Of a DNA stretch of 57,575 bases, positions 20,282 to 29,115 are shown piece by piece. Source of the DNA: an uncultured Bacillota bacterium (GTDB lineage: Bacteria; Bacillota_I; Bacilli_A; RF39; UBA660); assembly GCA_946617625.1 (NCBI GenBank), contig CAMOKF010000003.1, positions 1 through 57,575 of the forward strand. Reading direction: 5' to 3'. The first letter of the stretch is position 1. Each line of letters starts with the position of its first letter. The notes beneath the pieces were generated by a model. The model did no database searches. It saw only the letters and a list, made by a program, of their open reading frames with translations, and was not told the DNA's origin. The translations under genes and the position numbers were made by a program.

Positions 20282-20977
20282 ATGGGAGATTATGATGCTT
20301 TAGGTGCTGTTATTGTATTTTTTTTAATTATTGGCTTAGTTATTTTTGCTATTAGTTTAGCAATCTATATTGCAGTTGGTATTTTCTTAAATAAATTTAA
20401 TAAGCTATTGTATGGGCAAGGTACTGCTTTAGCTTTTGTTCCTGTTGGTAATTTATATTTAATGGGAAAATTAGCATTTAATAAAGCAGTTGGATACATA
20501 TTAATTGGCTTGGAAATAGGTATTCCAATATCTAACTCTATTATTTCATATAGTGGTAGAGGAGAGGCCATTGAAGTATTATTATCATTTTTATCTAGTG
20601 TAGGAGGTATATTTAATTTAGTTTGTTTAATAGTAGCTATTATTAAATATAATAATATTAAAAAAGGACTTTTATCTGCTAGTGAGGTAGCTTATCAATC
20701 TGACCAAACTAATATACAAGAAGCATTTAATAATATTAGTCCAAATAGAAATAATATGTATAATAATCAAACTAACTATAATCAACAATATAATAATATG
20801 CCAAATAATATGCAATATAATAATGTACCTAATCAAAACATGAATAATTATAATAATCAGCAAATGCCTGATAATCAAGTTACTAATAATAATCCTAATG
20901 TATGTCCTAATTGTGGATCAACTATTACTGAAACTACTAAGTTTTGTACTCATTGTGGAACTAAAATTAGAGATTAA
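20282..20977 (+). CDS. Multi-pass membrane protein with an N/Q-rich linker and a C-terminal zinc ribbon
   Basis: 231 aa; several hydrophobic helices, NNMYNNQTNYNQQYNNMPNN.. low-complexity tract, CPNCGS..x9..CTHCGTKI. Confidence 0.5.
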   Translation: MGDYDALGAVIVFFLIIGLVIFAISLAIYIAVGIFLNKFNKLLYGQGTALAFVPVGNLYLMGKLAFNKAVGYILIGLEIGIPISNSIISYSGRGEAIEVLLSFLSSVGGIFNLVCLIVAIIKYNNIKKGLLSASEVAYQSDQTNIQEAFNNISPNRNNMYNNQTNYNQQYNNMPNNMQYNNVPNQNMNNYNNQQMPDNQVTNNNPNVCPNCGSTITETTKFCTHCGTKIRD

Positions 20978-21005
20978 AAAAAAGAGTTTTAAAACTCTTT
21001 TTTTA
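20976..21005. terminator. Bidirectional terminator between convergent genes
   Basis: A-run, palindrome AAAGAGTTTT/AAAACTCTTT, then T-run. Confidence 0.7.
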
Positions 21006-21914
21006 ATATACCATTGTATGAAGTATTCTATCTGTATTTTTAAAATTAACTTTAGCTATATCATTTAGTTTTTCTTTACCATATTTTTCTACTACTTCTT
21101 CACCGATAGTATCTACATCTTTACCGGCTCCTTTAGGTAGTGGAATATGTATTTCATCACAAATCTTATCAAATTCTTTTATAAATAAATATCTACTTAT
21201 TATTGATCCACAAGCTACTGCTAGATTTTTTTCTTCTGCTTTTGTCATGAATGTTATACCTCTTTGAATATTGGGTATTCCATTTAAATATTCATAGTAT
21301 CTTTGCTCTCTAGCAAACTCATCTATAATTATGTAATCGTACTTAGGTTTTTCTTCCTGTATTAACTGATATAATGCTTTATTATGCATAATAGATTTTA
21401 TTTTATTCATATTTATATCTTTAGTATATCTTTTGTTATATTCTTTATTATTAAGTATTACTGAACGATACTTTATTTTTTTTGCTATTTCAGGAGCTAT
21501 TTTTAATATTTTTGAATCATCTATTTTCTTAGAATCAGTTACTCCTAGACTTTCAAGAAAAGGAATATCTTCTTTTGTTACGTATGCAGCAGTTACTATT
21601 ATAGGTCCAAAGTAATCACCTGTTCCAACTTCGTCACTACCTACTGAGTTACAATTATAATATTTAGCATCTTTCTTTTTGTTTTCTTCTTGTTTCTCTT
21701 TAGTATTTTCAAGTGCTACTCCCCACATTGCTGCATCTACATCGGCACTAGTTCCTTGAAACATACATTTACCTGATTCATAAAGTGTTATTACGGTATC
21801 TTCTTCTTGAGCTTGAAATACTACATATGGAATTACTTTATCTCTTTTTTTATCTTTATAGTATTCAATCATTTTTTCTTTTATTTCATCATTTACTTTT
21901 ATTACAACGTTCAC
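21003..21914 (-). CDS. rnhC: Ribonuclease HIII
   Basis: N-terminal DUF3378-like domain; GSDEVGTGDYFGPIIVTAAYV catalytic motif; start preferred at GTG 21914 (SD GAGGTGG 5 nt upstream), alternative GTG 21923. Confidence 0.85.
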   Translation of the reverse strand: MNVVIKVNDEIKEKMIEYYKDKKRDKVIPYVVFQAQEEDTVITLYESGKCMFQGTSADVDAAMWGVALENTKEKQEENKKKDAKYYNCNSVGSDEVGTGDYFGPIIVTAAYVTKEDIPFLESLGVTDSKKIDDSKILKIAPEIAKKIKYRSVILNNKEYNKRYTKDINMNKIKSIMHNKALYQLIQEEKPKYDYIIIDEFAREQRYYEYLNGIPNIQRGITFMTKAEEKNLAVACGSIISRYLFIKEFDKICDEIHIPLPKGAGKDVDTIGEEVVEKYGKEKLNDIAKVNFKNTDRILHTMVY

Positions 21915-21983
21915 ACTTTCCACCTCAAGAATATTATAGCATAAAATTAATAAATAGTTTATAATTAACTTAGAGGTGTTAGT

Positions 21984-22700
21984 ATGTTTAATATTTTAGA
22001 TATTATAATTGTTTTATTTATTTTAATGTTTGGAATAATAGGTTCTAAAAGAGGAATTATTAAAGAGGGTGTATCTTTAGTTGGTATGGTGCTAATATTC
22101 GTAATTAGTTCTATATTTTCTAATAATTTAGGGAACTTCTTATGTAAGTACATGCCATATTTTAGTTTTACTGGAAATATTAAAGGATTAGTAGTATTAA
22201 ATGTTCTTATATATAAGATAATAGCATTCTTTATAGTATTCTTTGTCTTATTAGGAATATATCATTTAGTTATGTTTTTTACTAAGTTACTTCAAAAGAT
22301 TGTTGATTCTACTATTATTTTATCTATTCCTTCTTCTATATGTGGATTTATCATTGGTATGGTTAGAGGATTTATTATTATATTATTAATACTTATAGCT
22401 TTGATGGTACCTTTTAAAGATGATGATGTTTATAATGGTAGTAAGTTGAAGAACTTTATTTTATATAAAACTCCTTTAGTTTCAATTAATATTGGTACTT
22501 ATACTTCTGGTATTAGTGATGCATTTGAATTAGGAGAAAAAATTGCTAGTAAAAAGATAAGTACAAATGAAGCTAATTTAGAGTTAGCTACTAATTTAAT
22601 TAAATTAAAAGTAATTGATAAACATACTATGGATCAATTAATAGTGCTTGATAAATTTAAATCTGTAAAGGGTATTGAAAAGATAGTAGGTAATTATTAA
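21984..22700 (+). CDS. CvpA-family membrane protein
   Basis: MFNILDIIIVLFILMFGIIGSKRGIIKEG.. typical CvpA N-terminus, 4-5 TM; rnhC-neighbour synteny as in Bacillus. Confidence 0.6.
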   Translation: MFNILDIIIVLFILMFGIIGSKRGIIKEGVSLVGMVLIFVISSIFSNNLGNFLCKYMPYFSFTGNIKGLVVLNVLIYKIIAFFIVFFVLLGIYHLVMFFTKLLQKIVDSTIILSIPSSICGFIIGMVRGFIIILLILIALMVPFKDDDVYNGSKLKNFILYKTPLVSINIGTYTSGISDAFELGEKIASKKISTNEANLELATNLIKLKVIDKHTMDQLIVLDKFKSVKGIEKIVGNY

Positions 22701-22727
22701 AAGACTAATTTTTTAGTCTTTTTTTTA
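22701..22727 (+). terminator. Rho-independent terminator
   Basis: AAGACTAA-TTTT-TTAGTCTT followed by T7. Confidence 0.75.
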
Positions 22728-22778
22728 TTTATATTTATTGCTATAATTGTAATAGATTAGAATAAGGAGGCACTATAT

Positions 22779-25412
22779 ATGAAATATGTTTATTTGTTCA
22801 GTGAAGGTAATAAAGATATGCGTGAACTACTAGGAGGTAAAGGAGCTAATTTAGCTGAAATGACTTCATTAGGTTTACCTGTTCCTAGAGGATTTACTAT
22901 TACTACTGAAGCATGTAATAAATACTATGCTGATAATAAACAATTGAGTGATGATATTAAAAAACAAATAATAGATAAAATAAAAGAGTTGGAAGGTATT
23001 ACTGGTAAAGTATTTGGAGATGTTAATAATCCTTTATTAGTTTCTGTTAGAAGTGGAGCTAGAGCTTCTATGCCTGGAATGATGGATACTATCTTAAACT
23101 TAGGTATGAATGATAGTGTAGCTTTAAGTTTTTCTAATATTACTAATAATAAAAGATTTGTTTATGATTCTTATAGAAGATTTATTCAAATGTTTGCTGA
23201 TGTAGTTATGGAATTACCTAAAGAAAAGTTTGAGGGATTATTTGATAAGATTAAAGAAGAGAAGAATGTAAAATTAGATACTGAACTTAGTGCTGAAGAT
23301 TTAGTTGAAGTTGTTAATAAATATAAGACTGAGTATAAAGAATTAACTGGAAGTGAATTTCCACAAGATCCTAGGGAACAATTAATAGAAGCAGTTAAAG
23401 CTGTTTTTAGAAGTTGGAATAATGATAGAGCTATTACTTATAGAAGACTTAATGATATTCCTAGTGAATGGGGTACTGCAGTTAATGTACAAGAAATGGT
23501 TTATGGTAATAAAGGGGATACTTCTGGAACAGGTGTTGCTTTTACAAGAAATCCTGCTACTGGTGAGAATGCTTTATTTGGAGAGTATTTAATGAATGCT
23601 CAAGGAGAAGATGTTGTTGCTGGTATACGTACTCCTCAAAGTATAGATACATTAAAAGATGTAATGCCTGAATGTTATCAAGAATTTAAAAGAATTTGTA
23701 ATATATTAGAAAATCATTATCATGATATGCAAGATATGGAATTTACAATAGAAGATGGTAAATTATTTATGTTGCAAACTAGAAATGGTAAGAGAACTTG
23801 TAAAGCTGCAATAAAAATTGCTGTTGATATGGTAAATAGTGGAATGATATCTATTGATGAAGCTTTAATGAGAGTTGAACCATTGCAATTAGATCAATTA
23901 TTACATCCTAACTTTGATGAAGAAAAGTTAAAGAATGGTAAAGTAATTGCTAAAGGATTAGCTGCTTCACCTGGGGCTGCTACTGGTAAACTATGTTTTA
24001 CAGCACAAGCTGCTTTAGACTTTGCTGAAGCTGGCGAGAAAGATTTAATATTGGCTAGAGCTGAAACATCTCCTGAAGATATAGAAGGTATGAATGTTGC
24101 TCATGGAGTATTAACTGTTCGTGGTGGTATGACTTCTCATGCTGCAGTTGTAGCTAGAGGAATGGGTACTTGTTGTGTATCTGGTTGTGGTGAAATAGTT
24201 GTAGATGAAGATAATAAGACTTTAACTACTAAAGATAATACTGTTTATCATGAAGGTGATTGGATTAGTTTAGATGGTTCTACTGGATTAGTATATGGAG
24301 AAAAAATAGATACTGTACCTCCTACTATATCAGGGGACTTTGAGACATTAATGAAGTGGGCTGATGATAAAGCACATTTGGAAGTTAGAACTAATGCAGA
24401 TACTCCTAAAGATGCTAAACAAGCAAGATTATTTGGAGCTAAAGGAATAGGACTTTGTCGTACAGAGCATATGTTCTTTGATGAAAAGCGTATATTTAAC
24501 TTTAGAAGAATGATTACAGCTGATACTCTTGAGAAAAGAGAAGAAGCTTTAAGTAAGATTTTACCTTATCAAAGAGAAGATTTTGAAGGTTTATTTAGAG
24601 AAATGGCTGGATATGTAGTTACTATAAGATTTTTAGATCCACCATTACATGAATTTTTACCTCATACAGATGATGAGATAAAAGAATTAGCTAATTCATT
24701 AGATATGAGCTTTGAAGATTTAAAAACACGAGTAGATTCATTAAAAGAGTTTAATCCAATGATGGGACATAGAGGTTGTAGATTAGCTATTACTTATCCA
24801 GAGATTGCTAGAATGCAAACAAGAGCTGTTATAGAAGCAGCAATAAATGTAAAAAATGAAGGTTTAGTAGTTAAACCAGAAATAATGATTCCATTAGTTG
24901 GAACATTAAAAGAATTTACTTATATTAAAGAGATAGTAGTAGATGAAGCTAAGAAAGTAATGGCTGAGAAAAATACTGAAGTTGAGTATAAAATTGGTAC
25001 AATGATAGAGATACCTAGAGCTACTTTAATTTCTGATAAAATAGCAAAAGAAGCTGAATTCTTTAGTTATGGAACTAATGATTTAACACAAATGACTTAT
25101 GGATTCTCAAGAGATGATGCTTCTAAGTTCTTAAAAGATTATTATGATAAAGGTATTTTAGAGAGTGATCCTTTTGCTTCTATAGATCAAGAAGGTGTAG
25201 GAAGACTTGTTGATATGTCTGTAAGACGTGCTATAAGTGTTAGAAAAGATATAGAGTTAGGTATCTGTGGTGAACATGGAGGAGATCCAAAGAGTATTGA
25301 ATTCTGTCATAGAGTAGGGCTTACTTATGTATCTTGTTCTCCATTTAGAGTTCCAGTTGCTAGACTTGCTGCTGCAAGAGCTGCAATATTAGAAGAAAAA
25401 GATATTATTTAG
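22779..25412 (+). CDS. ppdK: Pyruvate, phosphate dikinase
   Basis: 877 aa; LGGKGANLAEM, phosphohistidine motif GGMTSHAAVVARG, C-terminal PEP-utilising TIM-barrel motifs (FFSYGTNDLTQ, CGEHGGDP). Confidence 0.95.
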   Translation: MKYVYLFSEGNKDMRELLGGKGANLAEMTSLGLPVPRGFTITTEACNKYYADNKQLSDDIKKQIIDKIKELEGITGKVFGDVNNPLLVSVRSGARASMPGMMDTILNLGMNDSVALSFSNITNNKRFVYDSYRRFIQMFADVVMELPKEKFEGLFDKIKEEKNVKLDTELSAEDLVEVVNKYKTEYKELTGSEFPQDPREQLIEAVKAVFRSWNNDRAITYRRLNDIPSEWGTAVNVQEMVYGNKGDTSGTGVAFTRNPATGENALFGEYLMNAQGEDVVAGIRTPQSIDTLKDVMPECYQEFKRICNILENHYHDMQDMEFTIEDGKLFMLQTRNGKRTCKAAIKIAVDMVNSGMISIDEALMRVEPLQLDQLLHPNFDEEKLKNGKVIAKGLAASPGAATGKLCFTAQAALDFAEAGEKDLILARAETSPEDIEGMNVAHGVLTVRGGMTSHAAVVARGMGTCCVSGCGEIVVDEDNKTLTTKDNTVYHEGDWISLDGSTGLVYGEKIDTVPPTISGDFETLMKWADDKAHLEVRTNADTPKDAKQARLFGAKGIGLCRTEHMFFDEKRIFNFRRMITADTLEKREEALSKILPYQREDFEGLFREMAGYVVTIRFLDPPLHEFLPHTDDEIKELANSLDMSFEDLKTRVDSLKEFNPMMGHRGCRLAITYPEIARMQTRAVIEAAINVKNEGLVVKPEIMIPLVGTLKEFTYIKEIVVDEAKKVMAEKNTEVEYKIGTMIEIPRATLISDKIAKEAEFFSYGTNDLTQMTYGFSRDDASKFLKDYYDKGILESDPFASIDQEGVGRLVDMSVRRAISVRKDIELGICGEHGGDPKSIEFCHRVGLTYVSCSPFRVPVARLAAARAAILEEKDII

Positions 25413-25553
25413 ATGATGATATAGAAAATGAGACTTATCTGATGAAATAATTAAGAAGTGGATTATTCCACTTTTTTATTTGTTTTTTTGTTGTTTTGTG
25501 TTAGTATATAAAACTAATGAAGAGTATTATGCTTTTTATAGGAGGATATAATT

Positions 25554-26159
25554 ATGGATTTAAAATATTTTATGGATGAATTAGATAAAAAGCCTGTTAC
25601 ACATAATAACTATTTAATGGAAGTTGATTACTATGATAGGATTTCTGATGATAAAAAAGAATTATTAAAATCTGTTTTTTCTTATTTATCAGAAGATTCA
25701 TTCATAAACTTATTACACATTTATAATGATTTTAAGATTCCTGTTAAAGATACAGGATACATACAATGTGTTTCTGAAGATGGTAATAATAGATTATTAG
25801 TACCTATTAAAGTCTCATTTTTTGATGATTTAGATTATAATAAACCAACTGAAGTTTTACCAGAAGAAGCTTTTGATAAGAAATATAATAAATATAGAAA
25901 AGTTGGTTCTCAAGACTATACAGAAATATCTATTGAAAGAAAAATGAATAGTGAAGAGTCAGGAAAAATAAGTATTATTTATACTGCTGATGGTGGAGTA
26001 TTTTTAAATGATGATGCTGCAGTTGCTATTGCTTGGAAGAGTGTTGATGAGTTGGGAAAACAACTTGCTATTGTATGCAAATATAGGGATCAAGCTTTAG
26101 AAAGAGATAATGAACATTATCAAAAAATAATGATTAAAAATTATAGACACTGTAAATAG
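25554..26159 (+). CDS. Hypothetical cytoplasmic protein
   Basis: 201 aa, SD AGGAGG, own terminator; no recognisable motif. Confidence 0.4.
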   Translation: MDLKYFMDELDKKPVTHNNYLMEVDYYDRISDDKKELLKSVFSYLSEDSFINLLHIYNDFKIPVKDTGYIQCVSEDGNNRLLVPIKVSFFDDLDYNKPTEVLPEEAFDKKYNKYRKVGSQDYTEISIERKMNSEESGKISIIYTADGGVFLNDDAAVAIAWKSVDELGKQLAIVCKYRDQALERDNEHYQKIMIKNYRHCK

Positions 26160-26169
26160 TGTCTTTTTT
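26145..26169 (+). terminator. Rho-independent terminator
   Basis: AGACACT-GTAAAT-AGTGTCT followed by a T-run. Confidence 0.7.
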
Positions 26170-26245
26170 AATTTTATATAGTAAAATTTGTAGAAATGTT
26201 TTCTTTTTTTGATATAATAATAGTATTGATAGAGAGGGTGAACTT

Positions 26246-27145
26246 ATGAAAGTTGTTTGTGTTGGTCATTCTACTTATGATACTACTTTACCAATGGATG
26301 AATATCCTACTGAAAATATTAAATATCGATTAGAAGGTCATATTGAGTGTGGTGGTGGTCCTGCTGCTAATGGTGCTTATTTATTAGCTAAGTGGGGTAT
26401 GGATACAGCAATTGCTTCTGTTATTGGTAATGATTTTTATGGAGATCAAATTATTAAAGAATATGAGAAAGTTGGATGTGATACTTCTTTATTAGAAAAA
26501 CATGAAGATCATTATACAACTAGTAGTTATATTATTGCTAATAGAAGCAATGGATCTCGTACTATTTTATCTTCTAAAGATAAACCAATTAGAAAATTAA
26601 ATAGAGAGTTAAATATAGATTGTGATGTTATTTTAATAGATGGAGAACATCCTGATTCAGCTGAAGAATTATTAAGACATAATGGAAAAGATAAGATTAG
26701 TGTTTTAGATGCTGGTAGACTTAATACTGATACTAGACATTTAGGTAAAATGGTTAAATATTTAATATGTTCTAAAGATTTTGCTGAAGAATTTTCTAAT
26801 ACTAAATTGCATGCTAATGATTTAGATGGTTTAATTAAATGTCATAAAGAATTATCTGCTTATTTTAATAATCAAGTTATTATTACTTTAGAAGATAAAG
26901 GTAGTTTTACATTTATTGATGGAGGTTATGAAGTAATTCCTAGTATTAAAGTTAAAGCACTTGATTCTACTGGTGCAGGAGATATATTTCATGGAGCATT
27001 TACTTATTTTATAAGTAATGGTTATACTCTTAGAGAAACAATTCGTTATGCATCTATTACAGCTGCTATTTCAGTTACTAGAGTTGGTGCTAGATATTCA
27101 ATTCCAGAGTTAAAAGAAGTATTGGAATATGATGAAATTATATAG
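26246..27145 (+). CDS. PfkB-family carbohydrate/nucleoside kinase (ribokinase-like)
   Basis: GGGPAANGA and DSTGAGDIFHGAF (pfkB signature 2). Confidence 0.75.
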   Translation: MKVVCVGHSTYDTTLPMDEYPTENIKYRLEGHIECGGGPAANGAYLLAKWGMDTAIASVIGNDFYGDQIIKEYEKVGCDTSLLEKHEDHYTTSSYIIANRSNGSRTILSSKDKPIRKLNRELNIDCDVILIDGEHPDSAEELLRHNGKDKISVLDAGRLNTDTRHLGKMVKYLICSKDFAEEFSNTKLHANDLDGLIKCHKELSAYFNNQVIITLEDKGSFTFIDGGYEVIPSIKVKALDSTGAGDIFHGAFTYFISNGYTLRETIRYASITAAISVTRVGARYSIPELKEVLEYDEII

Positions 27146-27389
27146 TAATTGTCCTACTTTAGATTTGCATGGTGAAACTAGTGATTTTGCTAGAGTTGAA
27201 ATAAATGACTTTGTAAGAGATAATTATAATTTAAAAAATGATACTGTAATAATTATTCATGGAATTGGAACTGGTGTTTTAAAAAAAACAACTCAGCAAG
27301 TATTGAGTAAAAATAAATACGTTGAAACATATAAAATTGATAATTTTAATGATGGAGAGACGATTGTCAAGCTTAAGAAAAGAATTTGA
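27129..27389 (+). CDS. Stand-alone Smr-domain protein
   Basis: 86 aa; LDLHGET..., IIHGIGTGVLKK. Confidence 0.65.
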   Translation: MMKLYSNCPTLDLHGETSDFARVEINDFVRDNYNLKNDTVIIIHGIGTGVLKKTTQQVLSKNKYVETYKIDNFNDGETIVKLKKRI

Positions 27390-27446
27390 CTTTCGTCTTT
27401 TAATATGTTAAAATAGGAAACATATATGTGTCGGAGGGGGTATATT

Positions 27447-29099
27447 ATGTACACAGAAGAATATGAACATAAGGGATTTCCATTCAAAGATTTCTTATTA
27501 AAATTAATTTTAATAATTATTTTTGTGTTTCTATTAATTTGGTTATTACCTAAGTTTATTACACCTACAACAATAGTAAAAGAAAATAATAAATCTGGTA
27601 GTAATGGAAATAACAATTCAACTCAAATTTCAGTTTCTAGTACAAGAATCTTCCAAGAAAATCTTGAAAGAATGAAAGAGGCTGCAATTTCATACTTTAC
27701 TGATGATAGATTACCATCAGAAGTAGGAGAGTCTAAAACTATGACTCTTAGTGCAATGATAGGGGAGAAAATCATTACACCACTTATTGACGGAAAGAAT
27801 AAAGCTTGTGACGTTGATAAGAGTTATGTAAAAATAACTAAAGCAGATGATGAATATATCTTAAAAGTTAACTTAAAAGATAGTGAAAATGAAGATTATA
27901 TTTTAGTTCATTTAGGATGCTATACATATTGTAAAAGCACTATCTGTGAAAAAGATTATTCAAATATTGCAATTAAAGGAAGTAAGTCTACTTCAAATGC
28001 TAATAACTATTCTCCAGTTATTACTATAAGACCTGCTAAACAAGATGATTATTCAACTAATAATTCATCTTCAAAATCATCTAAGTCAAGTTCTAGTTCA
28101 TCTAGTTCTAAATCAAGCAGTTCTAGTTCAAGTTCTAGCTCATCAAGCAGTTCTAGTTCATCTAGTTCAAGTTCTAGTTCATCAAGTAGTTCTAGTTCAA
28201 GCTCTAGCTCTAGTTCAAGTTCTAGTTCAAGCTCTAGTTCATCAAGCTCAAATGGTAAAATTGCTTATATTTATGAGTATGAAAAAATTACTGGTACAAG
28301 ATTATCAAAATGGTCAGATTGGTCAGATTGGTCTAAAACTAGTTGTGATACTAAAGAAGTTAATTGTAGTGATGATGACTTTACTTGTCTTAGAAAAGTA
28401 CAATTATATAATAGAAAAGAAAATATAGGTACTTATACTAATAAGTATACTAGATCAAGAGAAGTTACAAGACAAACTGGATCTTATGAAGTTAAAGCTT
28501 GTTCAAGTTATAATTATGTAATAGTTAATAATACAACTTATGCAACTACAACTACTACAAACTATACTACTATTAATAATGTTAGTTACCAAACACAATC
28601 TAATGTATGTGGTTCTACATGTAGTTGGACTTATGCTGGTAGAGCAAGTTATTCTAATCCACCTAGAGATACAGCAACTACACATTATGTATTTGCTGGT
28701 GCTGATTATAGTTATTGTGAAGAAACTTGTACAACTTTACCAAAATATTATTATGATAAATATACATTCAATGGTGGTATGAATTCATCAGTTGTTAAAG
28801 TTGTTACTCCTGGAGAAACAACTTCAAACTCAACTACTAGAGTTACTTCAAGTAGTACAATTGATGTTACAGCTTCATGTGCATCATATACTACTAAGAC
28901 AGTACCAATTTATAGTACTATTACTGTTAATGAAATTGCTACTCGTGAAGAACCATTATATGGTACAGTTTGCTATAAGAGTACAAAATCTAGAAAAGTA
29001 ATAGAATCTGGTTCTAGAAAAACTAAATGGTCAAAATATAATGATACTTCATTATTAAATGCTGGATGGTCATATACAGGAAGAAAAGAAGCTGCGTAA
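27447..29099 (+). CDS. Membrane-anchored surface protein with a prepilin-like KGF leader, poly-Ser tract and Cys/Thr/Tyr-rich C-terminal domain
   Basis: Start set to ATG 27447 (SD GGAGGGGG); MYTEEYEHKG|FPFKDFLLKLILIIIFVFLLIWLL; ~60-residue Ser tract; C-terminal half rich in C, T, Y, W (WSDWSDWSK). Confidence 0.5.
   Translation: MYTEEYEHKGFPFKDFLLKLILIIIFVFLLIWLLPKFITPTTIVKENNKSGSNGNNNSTQISVSSTRIFQENLERMKEAAISYFTDDRLPSEVGESKTMTLSAMIGEKIITPLIDGKNKACDVDKSYVKITKADDEYILKVNLKDSENEDYILVHLGCYTYCKSTICEKDYSNIAIKGSKSTSNANNYSPVITIRPAKQDDYSTNNSSSKSSKSSSSSSSSKSSSSSSSSSSSSSSSSSSSSSSSSSSSSSSSSSSSSSSSSSSSSSSNGKIAYIYEYEKITGTRLSKWSDWSDWSKTSCDTKEVNCSDDDFTCLRKVQLYNRKENIGTYTNKYTRSREVTRQTGSYEVKACSSYNYVIVNNTTYATTTTTNYTTINNVSYQTQSNVCGSTCSWTYAGRASYSNPPRDTATTHYVFAGADYSYCEETCTTLPKYYYDKYTFNGGMNSSVVKVVTPGETTSNSTTRVTSSSTIDVTASCASYTTKTVPIYSTITVNEIATREEPLYGTVCYKSTKSRKVIESGSRKTKWSKYNDTSLLNAGWSYTGRKEAA
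28065..28250 (+). repeat. Poly-serine coding low-complexity repeat (AGT/TCA/AGC/TCT mixture)
   Basis: In-frame Ser codons with occasional Lys; imperfect 9-12 nt periodicity. Confidence 0.9.
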
Positions 29100-29115
29100 T
29101 AAGGGGGTAAAATAA

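Noticed and set aside
20365-22153. Short ORFs 20365-20571(-), 20672-20878(-), 21433-21615(+), 21965-22153(-)
   Set aside because: All are antisense to longer genes with recognisable products or membrane topology, and are judged spurious.
27293-27616. 107-aa minus-strand ORF spanning the Smr / poly-Ser gene junction
   Set aside because: It overlaps two + strand genes and their SD region, and has no SD or motif of its own.
28065-28250. Possible CRISPR-like or satellite array suggested by the repetitive DNA (also 31168-31371)
   Set aside because: There is no repeat-spacer periodicity. The repeats are degenerate 3-nt-phased Ser codons inside long ORFs, and no cas genes are present.
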